Notes: generated from the sequence alone by a model not told the origin. Shown: positions 19,518 to 27,285, counted from the stretch's first letter. The stretch is DNA of 64,000 nt from Patescibacteria group bacterium (GCA_023229115.1 JALNZW010000007.1:1423-65422); one strand, 5' to 3'. Made by a program: numbers and translations.

Positions 19518-19536
19518 GCTCGGGGACTAGGATTCG
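19518..19536 (-). repeat. Exact 19-nt copy of the tRNA-Gln 3' end (T-loop C to discriminator +1); att-like direct repeat, distal copy
   Basis: gctcggggactaggattcg is identical to 28422-28440 and 20878-20896, in the same orientation as the tRNA gene. Confidence 0.8.
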
Positions 19537-19690
19537 GTCACGGTCACTAAGCCTCGCTCCCTCGCTTCGCTCATCGCTCGCTAAGCGCCCCGACCCGACC
19601 TCGCCTGTGCTCATTTCATTCGCACATGGCTCAGGCTTTCTCATCCTAGGCGCGAAGTGCGCAGGCACTTCGCTTCCCCTTCGCTCATTC

Positions 19691-19719
19691 AAAAAAACAC
19701 CCCAAAGGGTGTTTTTTTT
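19691..19719. terminator. Terminator-like 12-bp hairpin inside copy 1
   Basis: AAAAAAACACCC-CAAA-GGGTGTTTTTTT, flanked on both sides by CATTC. Confidence 0.5.
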
Positions 19720-19784
19720 CATTCGCTCGCCTGGAGAGACAGTTTTCGGACGTGGGTGGCTAATAATAAAGAATAATTTAGACA

Positions 19785-20765
19785 TCAATTCTTCATTTGT
19801 CTAACCTCAAAATCTACTAAATTATCTAAATTAAAATTTTCTCTCTCCGCCTCACATTCTCCTCTCTCTTTGTCTGGATAATTACTACAATTAGGGTACC
19901 GAGCTACAAATTGCACCAAGTAAACATTATCTTCTATTACTGTCGTATAAGCATATTGCGTATAGACAGATCCTACTGCTCCTTCGCTTGAAGCGCCTAT
20001 GCAATATTTCTGACCGTTTACCTGTCTCTTGCTTATTCGTAGCGGCAAACTTGATTCTAGGGGAGTTTCATCACACTCTATTTCACTATTTTCTACCCAA
20101 GACTCTAATTTAGGATATTCTTCGACATTAAATACGTTTGAGCCATAATTCTGAAATGAAATATAACTAGCCTTAAAGCTATCTGGTAGATTTGATTCTA
20201 TATTTCCTTCTTCAGTATATAAATGCTTAACTCCTTCTACTTTGATTGTACCTAAAGTTGTATAAATCTCACTTTCTTCGTTAATCAACTCTCCGCTAAT
20301 TTCTATTTTTTGTCCCATTCTTATTTTATTAACTACATTATTTTTATCGTCACTTGGCGCTTGCAAGCGATAATAATCACCATCATTATTCTTAACACCA
20401 AAGACGCATAAATCATTATGAGGCTCATCTTGATTTTTTACAGGTAAACAAACAAAATCTCCGGAGACAATGAATAAATCTTTATTTTCTAAATTCACTG
20501 CTTCATTGATGGATAAATTTCCACAATCACAAAGTATTTTTTTACCACACAAAGTTGACACGCTGTCACAAGGAACTTGAACATTATTATATTCTTTGCA
20601 TCCAAATAACCCTTCACAATTTTTTAAGCTAAATTCACAATATCCTTTTTCGGGATATGCCTTAAAATCGTTTTCACACTTATTTGGAATTAAAAAAAAT
20701 AAAGCAATAAAAATAAATAGTAAAGCAGCTAAAGAGTAGATTAAAATTTTGAATTCCTTTTTCAT
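19785..20765 (-). CDS. Secreted/membrane-anchored cysteine-rich protein, function unknown
   Basis: 326-aa ORF with N-terminal hydrophobic anchor and many Cys in the first about 90 and last about 80 residues. No family recognised. Confidence 0.55.
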   Translation of the reverse strand: MKKEFKILIYSLAALLFIFIALFFLIPNKCENDFKAYPEKGYCEFSLKNCEGLFGCKEYNNVQVPCDSVSTLCGKKILCDCGNLSINEAVNLENKDLFIVSGDFVCLPVKNQDEPHNDLCVFGVKNNDGDYYRLQAPSDDKNNVVNKIRMGQKIEISGELINEESEIYTTLGTIKVEGVKHLYTEEGNIESNLPDSFKASYISFQNYGSNVFNVEEYPKLESWVENSEIECDETPLESSLPLRISKRQVNGQKYCIGASSEGAVGSVYTQYAYTTVIEDNVYLVQFVARYPNCSNYPDKERGECEAERENFNLDNLVDFEVRQMKN

Positions 20766-20877
20766 ACTATTTTAAATTTAAATATTAACTATTTATATTA
20801 TAACATACCCCCTCCTTCTATCAAATAATATAAATCATAAATAAAAATACGCTATTATTAGCTTATTTTTATTATTC

Positions 20878-20896
20878 GCTCGGGGACTAGGATTCG
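20878..20896 (-). repeat. Exact 19-nt copy of the tRNA-Gln 3' end; att-like direct repeat, middle copy
   Basis: gctcggggactaggattcg is identical to 28422-28440 and 19518-19536. Confidence 0.8.
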
Positions 20897-21175
20897 GTCA
20901 CGGTCATCGCATAAAATGGCCTTGCCATCACGCGACCTCGCTAACAAAAACAACGTTGCTTTATAGGCGCCCTCCGCGTGCCGAAGGTTATACGCGGCTC
21001 CGGCTTTCTCGTCCTAAATGCCACGTATAGCTCACTTCGTTCGCACGTGGCTTCGCTCGTCGCTCGCTAAGCGCCCCGACCCGGCCTCGCCTGTGCTCAT
21101 TTCATTCGCACATGGCTCCGGCTTTCTCATCCTAGGCGCGAAGTGCGCAGGCACTTCGCTTCCCCTCACTCATTC

Positions 21176-21204
21176 AAAAAATCCAGCTTACACTGGATTT
21201 TTTT
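21176..21204. terminator. Terminator-like 11-bp hairpin inside copy 2
   Basis: AAAAAATCCAG-CTTACA-CTGGATTTTTT occupies the same position as the copy-1 hairpin. The stem sequence is different and the same CATTC flanks are present. Confidence 0.5.
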
Positions 21205-21610
21205 CATTCGCTCCGCACTCAGGTCTAGAAACTAATAAATAGGAGTTTTACAAGGGTTTTTGAATATATTTTATATACTAAAATAACGTAGTTCGGTCGG
21301 GGTCTGAAATTAAATGTTACAAATATTACACTATAAAAAGAAGTTTTTATCTTGAGAAATGTAAATAAGGTTATTATAATATTTTATTATGAAAAACACT
21401 TTTACTTTTCATATTTATATAAACTCCACCATTTAAAACACAAGCATGAATAATTATACAATTAAAATTTTCAAATATTTCTTTATTGTTATGTTTTCGC
21501 AAAGACTTATAATGAGTTGTTATTTCATTATCCATGCCCAATCCATGCCCAAAAAAAATATTATAATAGTAGTTGGCTAAATCCTGTTTTCATTTGACTC
21601 CATAATACTA

Positions 21611-21979
21611 TCAATTTTCATTCCAGAAAATAACTGTAGAGACAATAGCTCCTAAAAGCGAAACTATCTGCGATAAAATAATTTCAATATTATATTCTGA
21701 AATAATAAAAAAATAACTTAAATATAGAAGAGCCACAAACAAAGTTAATAAAATAGATGCTATTCTTTTATTGTTTGGAGCGACACTAAAACCAATAAAA
21801 ACAAAAATCATTCCGGAAAATAAATAGCTAAAATAACTTCCAAAAATTAAAAACACCCAACCATCGCCAAGCATGATCAGGAGAAATCTCGTATACAAAA
21901 AAGTAAAAATAATTGAACCCAAAAAAGATGCTGGCAAAACAACCATCCAAAGTAATATGTCCCTGATTTTTTTATTCAT
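21611..21979 (-). CDS. Small integral membrane protein (about 4 TM), orphan
   Basis: 122-aa ORF that is almost entirely hydrophobic helices. Confidence 0.5.
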   Translation of the reverse strand: MNKKIRDILLWMVVLPASFLGSIIFTFLYTRFLLIMLGDGWVFLIFGSYFSYLFSGMIFVFIGFSVAPNNKRIASILLTLFVALLYLSYFFIISEYNIEIILSQIVSLLGAIVSTVIFWNEN

Positions 21980-22019
21980 ATTATTTGCAAAAAGATAATA
22001 ATTAATTTAAATAGCATTC

Positions 22020-22826
22020 CTATCTAACAACAAACCTAGACATCTTCTCTTTACTCAACATTGTTAAAACAGAAAACAATGGAAACAGTAAACTATTAAT
22101 AGAAATTAAAATTCCTTCAGTTAAATTATTGCTATCTACTAGCCATTTAATATTATGTAATCCGTCATATATTATTAACTGAAATATTTCACGAAAAGAA
22201 AACGCGCACCAAATAAGGATAAAAACCCTTAGTATTATCTTTAATAAAGAATTTTTTGACAATAAATAAAAAATTATCAATATTAAAATAAAAATATAAT
22301 AGCTATTTATATGCCAAAAACCATAAGAAAGAAAATTATAAGTTATTGATATGAAAATAATTATTATACCCAAGAAAATTAAAGTATAATCTCTACTAGA
22401 TATTTCTGATATTTTTTTAAAATTGATAAATGACTGATTTTTTAAAAATATTAACCATTTTTTAAAATCATTTTTATATAAATATATTAAGGGAAATGCA
22501 GATGGGAGAAAACGTATTATGTCCGAATATTCAAAATAGTAACCTCCCCTTAATACAAAAAAGGTGATTAAAAGAATTGTTGAGAAAATAATCTTAGCTG
22601 GCAGGACAACCCAATTTTTTTTATAAAAAACAATATAAAGAGCAAGAATAAAAAATGACATTGGGAATAAAATAAACTCAATCATAATATTACCTGATAT
22701 TACTTCTTTCCATAACAAAAACAGAGAGACAAATATTAAAAAATAAGCAAACGCGATACTGACTAATCTTTTTAATTTATTTTTTTTCATAATTTTAATT
22801 ATTATATTTGTATTATTTAATAACAT
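22020..22826 (-). CDS. Integral membrane protein (multi-pass), orphan
   Basis: 268-aa ORF with 7 or more hydrophobic segments. The more likely start is MKKNKLKR at 22790. Confidence 0.5.
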   Translation of the reverse strand: MLLNNTNIIIKIMKKNKLKRLVSIAFAYFLIFVSLFLLWKEVISGNIMIEFILFPMSFFILALYIVFYKKNWVVLPAKIIFSTILLITFFVLRGGYYFEYSDIIRFLPSAFPLIYLYKNDFKKWLIFLKNQSFINFKKISEISSRDYTLIFLGIIIIFISITYNFLSYGFWHINSYYIFILILIIFYLLSKNSLLKIILRVFILIWCAFSFREIFQLIIYDGLHNIKWLVDSNNLTEGILISINSLLFPLFSVLTMLSKEKMSRFVVR

Positions 22827-22971
22827 TTCTATTAAGATTTTTTATAATTTCATCCATCGCCTCATCGAACTCTTTATTTTCTTCTGGTTTTAATTTAGCT
22901 CTTTTTAAGATAATCTGTAAACTCTTGTTTTCTAATCGCTCTTTTTTTAATTTTTTAGTTTTACTTTTCAT
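22813..22971 (-). CDS. Possible 52-aa charged helical protein (below ORF-track cutoff)
   Basis: Manual translation gives MKSKTKKLKKERLENKSLQIILKRAKLKPEENKEFDEAMDEIIKNLNRNVIK*. Its stop abuts or overlaps the next gene's start. Confidence 0.3.
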   Translation of the reverse strand: MKSKTKKLKKERLENKSLQIILKRAKLKPEENKEFDEAMDEIIKNLNRNVIK

Positions 22972-23181
22972 AATTTTGTAATTACTTTACAAATATAAAA
23001 AATCTTTTTTTATATTCTATTTAATATTTATATATTTATTTTTTAATGCTTATTTTTTCTAATTTTATCTAATTGATCTCAATAACATATCTATCCACAA
23101 ATCTAAAAACTAATAAATAAATCTTATAAAACTTTTTGAACATGCTTTATATATTCAAAAACATATTTTAATCGATAATTA

Positions 23182-23721
23182 TTATTTTATCCAAATCATG
23201 TTATTACTATAAAAAAAATTAAAAAAAATATAATTTTTTCTAATTAATCTAAAAGCAAAATAAAAAGATAAATAATAAACTAATTTAGTGAATAGCCATA
23301 AAAAAGATAAAGAAATAATAAAAATTTTAAGCCAAAAAACAATATTGTTATAATAAAAAGAAATAAGCATTCCAATCACTACTAACAAAACCGAGAAAAA
23401 AATCGTTTGCCTTCCTTTTGAAAATTTTCCTTTTAAAATAAACCAAGAAAACAAAATAAAAGGAATAACCAAAAAAGAAAACCAATTAAAAACAAAAATA
23501 GAAGATATAATACTAAAAACAAGAGATAGCGGTTCTAAAAAAAACATTACTAATCTAATAAAAAAAGTTTCAAATTTTAAAAAATTACCAACATTTTTTT
23601 TAATATCTGAACTATTTGTTTCGGTAAAAAAACTTCTAAACCCAGCCAAGTCTAAATAAATAGTATGTTCGCCAGAATTATACTTTTCAATTATTTCTTT
23701 GTATTGATCTATTGTTACCAT
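23182..23721 (-). CDS. Membrane protein with short soluble N-terminal domain, orphan
   Basis: 179 aa. About 55 N-terminal soluble residues are followed by 4 hydrophobic helices. Confidence 0.5.
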   Translation of the reverse strand: MVTIDQYKEIIEKYNSGEHTIYLDLAGFRSFFTETNSSDIKKNVGNFLKFETFFIRLVMFFLEPLSLVFSIISSIFVFNWFSFLVIPFILFSWFILKGKFSKGRQTIFFSVLLVVIGMLISFYYNNIVFWLKIFIISLSFLWLFTKLVYYLSFYFAFRLIRKNYIFFNFFYSNNMIWIK

Positions 23722-23751
23722 ATATTTAAAAATACTTTAAATTAATTTTTT

Positions 23752-24162
23752 TTATTTTTTTAAATTACCATTTTTAATTTCATTTAATTCCCTTTTTAAT
23801 TTATTTGTTTTAATCTTAACGTAAACAAGACCGGGAACAATAGACACAACAACAATTAAAAGACCAATCTTAAAATTTTGTGTAGTTACTATAAAAGAAA
23901 CACTTAAAACAACACTTAATATGAAAAATGCAAACAATGAAATTAAATAAGGATATAAGTCCAAAAAAATATAAAAAAGATTTGACTTTCTATTACTCTC
24001 ACCAGAAATCAAATCAGTTCTCATTTTTAACACTTCTCTATTTGAAACATTAAAATCTCGTAAGAGTGTATTAACTAAATTTTCGTTTTTTCCTATTTCT
24101 TTTAAGATTTTAATTCTTGTTCCATGCTCCAATTCTTGATATTCTTTTATTAATTTAATCAT
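23752..24162 (-). CDS. Membrane protein with helical N-terminal domain, orphan
   Basis: 136 aa. A soluble N-terminus (MIKLIKEYQELEHGTRIKILKEIG...) is followed by 2 TM helices. Confidence 0.5.
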   Translation of the reverse strand: MIKLIKEYQELEHGTRIKILKEIGKNENLVNTLLRDFNVSNREVLKMRTDLISGESNRKSNLFYIFLDLYPYLISLFAFFILSVVLSVSFIVTTQNFKIGLLIVVVSIVPGLVYVKIKTNKLKRELNEIKNGNLKK

Positions 24163-24232
24163 ATCTTTATATTATTTTTAAACGATTCTTCCATATTATT
24201 TTATTTAAATATATAAATTAATTTGTCTCACT

Positions 24233-24646
24233 TCAAATAACAAAACTTAACAATAACAGGAAAAGACCAAACAATAAAGAAAATCCAAATAACAACAATG
24301 ATAGAATTTGTGTATTTTCTTTAAAAAGAGCTGTTATTCCCCCAGTTATAAGCCAGCCATAAATAGCACCAAATATAACCCAATACCATTTAATAAAAAA
24401 GAAAGATGCCGTAAAAGATAAAAATATAGAAATAATTGCAGCGATCATTATAAAGCTTGAATAACTCTTGAAAGATAGCCCAATTCGCCAACCCTCTTTT
24501 TTTGCATAACCCCCATAACCATTAATTAAAAGGCCGGAAATAAAAATAACAAACAAAAAAATCAAAATATTGCTTATGTTAGTAAAAATAAACCAAATAA
24601 CAAATAAATTTATGGCAATAAACAATATACCAAATATTTTTCTCAT
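24233..24646 (-). CDS. Small integral membrane protein (4 TM), orphan
   Basis: 137-aa hydrophobic ORF. Confidence 0.5.
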   Translation of the reverse strand: MRKIFGILFIAINLFVIWFIFTNISNILIFLFVIFISGLLINGYGGYAKKEGWRIGLSFKSYSSFIMIAAIISIFLSFTASFFFIKWYWVIFGAIYGWLITGGITALFKENTQILSLLLFGFSLLFGLFLLLLSFVI

Positions 24647-24660
24647 AATATTATATAATA

Positions 24661-25431
24661 TTAATTTTTATATTTTTTTGTCTCTGCTTTAAACCACTTT
24701 CTTATATCCCTAGAACTAACTTCTTTTCTAAAAAAGAAGCACTTGCTCTTATTTTCTTCTGGCACAACATAATCAATAAGGCTTTTGCCATGTTTTGTGC
24801 CGCAATGAACTTGATGAACAAAATCTTTTTTATATTTTTCATTATTAAATTCACAATAAAATATTTCCGTATCATTATCTAAAACAAAGGTATGAGAATC
24901 GCCATGTCCAACAAAAAAAACTTCTCTCACATTATCATCTGCCATTATTTTATAAACATCATCTATTGAAGCATTTAAATAAAAAGAGAAATCATTACCT
25001 CTTTTTAATTCTAAATATTTAATAATAGCCTTTACATCCAGCAAATAATAATTGCCCTTAACTGCATATTTAAAGGTATATCTACCAAAATGTGCCATAA
25101 TTACAACCGCAGTTTTTACACAGTCCTTGTTATAATCTTCTAAAAATTTAGCGACTTTTTTAATGTTATCATTTTCACACCAATACAGCATTCCGAAAAT
25201 TGGAAAAAATAGTATCTTATATAAACTAGCCTCCCTTATAATTAAAATAGAAAAAATAACTAATATTAAATATATAGATAATAAATAATAAAAAGGAAAA
25301 TAGAATTTAACACCAAGAGAAAACGATAGAGAGTGGGAAATAAAAGCAGAAAATGATAAAAACATTATTAAAGAAAAGAAAAAACCTACAAGAACTCTTT
25401 TTTCATGTTTAATAGATTCTTTTAATTTCAT
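24661..25431 (-). CDS. Membrane-anchored protein with C-terminal soluble domain of unknown function
   Basis: 256 aa with 3 N-terminal TM helices. The soluble domain contains VFFVGHGDSH and VHQVHCGTKHG (a possible His/Cys pair after hydrophobic strands). No family assignment. Confidence 0.45.
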   Translation of the reverse strand: MKLKESIKHEKRVLVGFFFSLIMFLSFSAFISHSLSFSLGVKFYFPFYYLLSIYLILVIFSILIIREASLYKILFFPIFGMLYWCENDNIKKVAKFLEDYNKDCVKTAVVIMAHFGRYTFKYAVKGNYYLLDVKAIIKYLELKRGNDFSFYLNASIDDVYKIMADDNVREVFFVGHGDSHTFVLDNDTEIFYCEFNNEKYKKDFVHQVHCGTKHGKSLIDYVVPEENKSKCFFFRKEVSSRDIRKWFKAETKKYKN

Positions 25432-25518
25432 AAATAATTATAAATTAATACTATAGTGTTCATCCTTAATAAGTAAACTTTTAAAACAACTCACTATCAA
25501 ATCAGTAAATTGAAGAAC

Positions 25519-26454
25519 TTAATTTGTGTCACCAAATGGCACAAAAACAGAAGGAACGTTATTTACGCCATTAATATTCTTTTTTTGATCGTCAAAGTAT
25601 ATATGAGGATTTAATGTTTCCAATATATTTTTTTTCTTCGTTGTTCCCAAAAAAAATGATTGGTCAATATCGATCCCCCAAGATTCCAAGGTGTGAATTG
25701 CTCTTTCATGGGCAGGAGCGCTTCGAGCAGTAACTAATATGATTTTTATAGCACGTTTATATCTTTTACTCCCTTCTAATTTTAAAGATTCCAATTTTCT
25801 TAATTCAACTATTTTTTTAGCAAAATCTTGCAACGGCCCAGGTTTAAGTGGTTTATATGATTTCTTAATTTCTGATTTTTGGTATTTTTTTAAACCTTTG
25901 CCTCTATAAATCTTTTCTGATTCATCATCAGCAAGAACTCCGTCAAAGTCAAAAGCTATTCTCAATTCTTTTTCTTCATCACCAACAATTCTGTCTGTCT
26001 CGTCTCTCAAAACCATACCAGCAGGATATCCGCCATCAACAGCCAACTTAACATCTTGAAAGTTGGCAGATAAAAACAATGAAGCGTTAAAAGCTTCAAT
26101 GTATCTATAAGGAGATTCACCTGAAAAAAAACCAGCCTTTTGAATATCCAGTTTATAATGTTGTATAGATTTAAACACGCGCAAGCCGGTTTCGTGACTA
26201 TTCCTAGACAACAACACAACCTCCACTACTCCACTAGGAACCTCCTTTTTAAAAACACTATTAAGTTTTAATATTCTCTTAATAAAAGGAAATGCTATTC
26301 CTTCTTTTAATATTTTATCTAAATTTTTATTTTGAAATTTTCTATAAGCAACCGCACCCTTTTCTTTAAACACCTTGTCAGAATCACTTAAATCAAACAG
26401 AGCGCTAGAGGCGATTGCTATTATTAATTTCTCAAATTTTTTAGCTTTTTTCAT
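25519..26454 (-). CDS. 5'-nucleotidase, cytosolic cN-IA-like family (HAD-type)
   Basis: 311 aa. IAFDFDGVLADDESE (the DxDx[T/V] HAD motif I) and ILVTARSAPAHERAIHTLESWGI fit the bacterial pfam06189-type layout as I recall it. Confidence 0.6.
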   Translation of the reverse strand: MKKAKKFEKLIIAIASSALFDLSDSDKVFKEKGAVAYRKFQNKNLDKILKEGIAFPFIKRILKLNSVFKKEVPSGVVEVVLLSRNSHETGLRVFKSIQHYKLDIQKAGFFSGESPYRYIEAFNASLFLSANFQDVKLAVDGGYPAGMVLRDETDRIVGDEEKELRIAFDFDGVLADDESEKIYRGKGLKKYQKSEIKKSYKPLKPGPLQDFAKKIVELRKLESLKLEGSKRYKRAIKIILVTARSAPAHERAIHTLESWGIDIDQSFFLGTTKKKNILETLNPHIYFDDQKKNINGVNNVPSVFVPFGDTN

Positions 26455-26520
26455 ATAAAATTATTAGAATATTTAAAAAATCAAGTATATATACTAATTT
26501 AAACAAAAAAAATGTTGGTT

Positions 26521-27285
26521 TTACATATTTGATGACCGAGGAACAAGAGATTTGATAATATCTTCTATTTTGTTTAATTCATTATCTAAATTTTTCAAAA
26601 AATAATGATTAAATTCCTTTAAGATTTCCAAACATACAAAAACAGAAGATAACAAAGACTCATTAACTAAATTATTGCTTGGGCTGATGGATAGTGTTAA
26701 CTCTTTTTTATTTCCTTCTTTAAAATACTCATTCGTACTTCTAGGATTTGGATGAGATAGCATGCATGAAATTTTATACCAAGTATTATAAACACCTTTT
26801 AAACCAAATTTTTCTGCCATTTTATAAGTGCTAATATCTGACCATCCTTTTTTTGGATCAAAATTATATTTTCTTTGAACTCTATTGTATTGTTTAATTA
26901 TTTCTTGAATCACTTTATGATCCATATTCAAATTAAAATTTAGTTGATTTTTGTCATACATCTCCTTTCTAACAACCCAATCATATTCGAAAAACCTTTC
27001 TGCCAAAGAATCATCTCCAACAGATAGAATATATTTAAGGGAAAAATATAACTCTAAAACACTTCTACTAAGAATAACTGCATCCTCTCCAAAGCCTTTT
27101 TGACATAACAGCGATATAGCTTCTAGTGTTTTTTTAGATTTTGCGACTGCAAACAGAAAAAAGGCGTCTTTTTTATGTTTAGGCTCTTTGTGTTTATTTA
27201 CTACAATAACAAAAATATTTTGTAATTTCTCTATTGTTTCATATATTTTATTATCACCAAAAATTTGACTGTTAGAAGCACACAT
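26521..27285 (-). CDS. DUF5677-like protein (tentative)
   Basis: TLEAISLLCQKGFGEDAVILSRSVLELYFSLKYI and later W.D.S...MAEKFGL...Y...S.LSHP resemble the DUF5677 pattern from memory. This was not verified by search. Confidence 0.4.
   Translation of the reverse strand: MCASNSQIFGDNKIYETIEKLQNIFVIVVNKHKEPKHKKDAFFLFAVAKSKKTLEAISLLCQKGFGEDAVILSRSVLELYFSLKYILSVGDDSLAERFFEYDWVVRKEMYDKNQLNFNLNMDHKVIQEIIKQYNRVQRKYNFDPKKGWSDISTYKMAEKFGLKGVYNTWYKISCMLSHPNPRSTNEYFKEGNKKELTLSISPSNNLVNESLLSSVFVCLEILKEFNHYFLKNLDNELNKIEDIIKSLVPRSSNM

Larger units (their letters stand above)
19518..19760 (+). ncRNA. GC-rich structured-RNA-like element, copy 1 (short form; family unknown, tmRNA-like hallmarks; orientation tentative)
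   Basis: A sharp GC-rich island in AT-rich intergenic DNA. It has the 29-nt 5' block, the 116-nt core shared with copy 2, multiple local hairpins, a terminator-like hairpin and a GGACGTGGGT motif at 19748-19757. ORFs predicted here have non-protein-like composition. Confidence 0.45.
20878..21230 (+). ncRNA. GC-rich structured-RNA-like element, copy 2 (long form with 144-nt extra segment containing a tmRNA-tag-like frame; family unknown)
   Basis: It has the same 29-nt 5' block (20878-20906) and 116-nt core (21051-21166) as copy 1. The extra 20907-21050 segment carries GCT AAC AAA AAC AAC GTT GCT TTA TAG. There is an internal 21-nt module duplication (20996-21016 vs 21114-21134) and a hairpin at 21176-21204. 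Confidence 0.45.

Noticed and set aside
19516-19518. The TGG (the complement of CCA) in copy 1 as proof that the repeat derives from a mature, CCA-tailed tRNA by retro-copying
   Set aside because: Only two bases extend beyond the 19-mer shared by all three copies, a 1-in-16 coincidence. Copy 2 does not have them. It is kept only as a low-weight observation within a finding.
19451-19804. ORFs predicted across the GC-rich elements (19451..19804 +, 19483..19788 -, and 21018..21242 +) as protein-coding genes
   Set aside because: They overlap each other on opposite strands and are confined to the GC-rich patch. They translate to Ser/Arg/Leu/Pro/Ala-rich strings with no domain-like pattern. Their shared peptide (SSLAKRPDP.SPVLISFAHGSGFLILGAKCAGTSLPL) simply mirrors the 116-nt nucleotide repeat. 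A non-coding origin is more parsimonious.
20990-21140. RNase P RNA, because the minus strand reads GA(U/C)GAGAAAGCCGGAGCC, similar to the P4/CR-I motif GAGGAAAGUCCGGGCUCC
   Set aside because: The motif occurs twice within 120 nt and is inexact. The other universally conserved RNase P blocks (for example ACAGAACCCGGCUUA and AGGGUGAAA) are absent on either strand.
21330-21560. Minus-strand reading frame ...FFGHGLGMDNEITTHYKSLRKHNNKEIFENFNCIIIHACVLNGGVYINMKS... as a remnant of an integrase C-terminus (GH...TT.Y)
   Set aside because: The spacing between GH, TT and Y does not fit the tyrosine-recombinase box II. The frame is closed by a stop just upstream and leaves at most about 50 codons. No other recombinase motifs are present.
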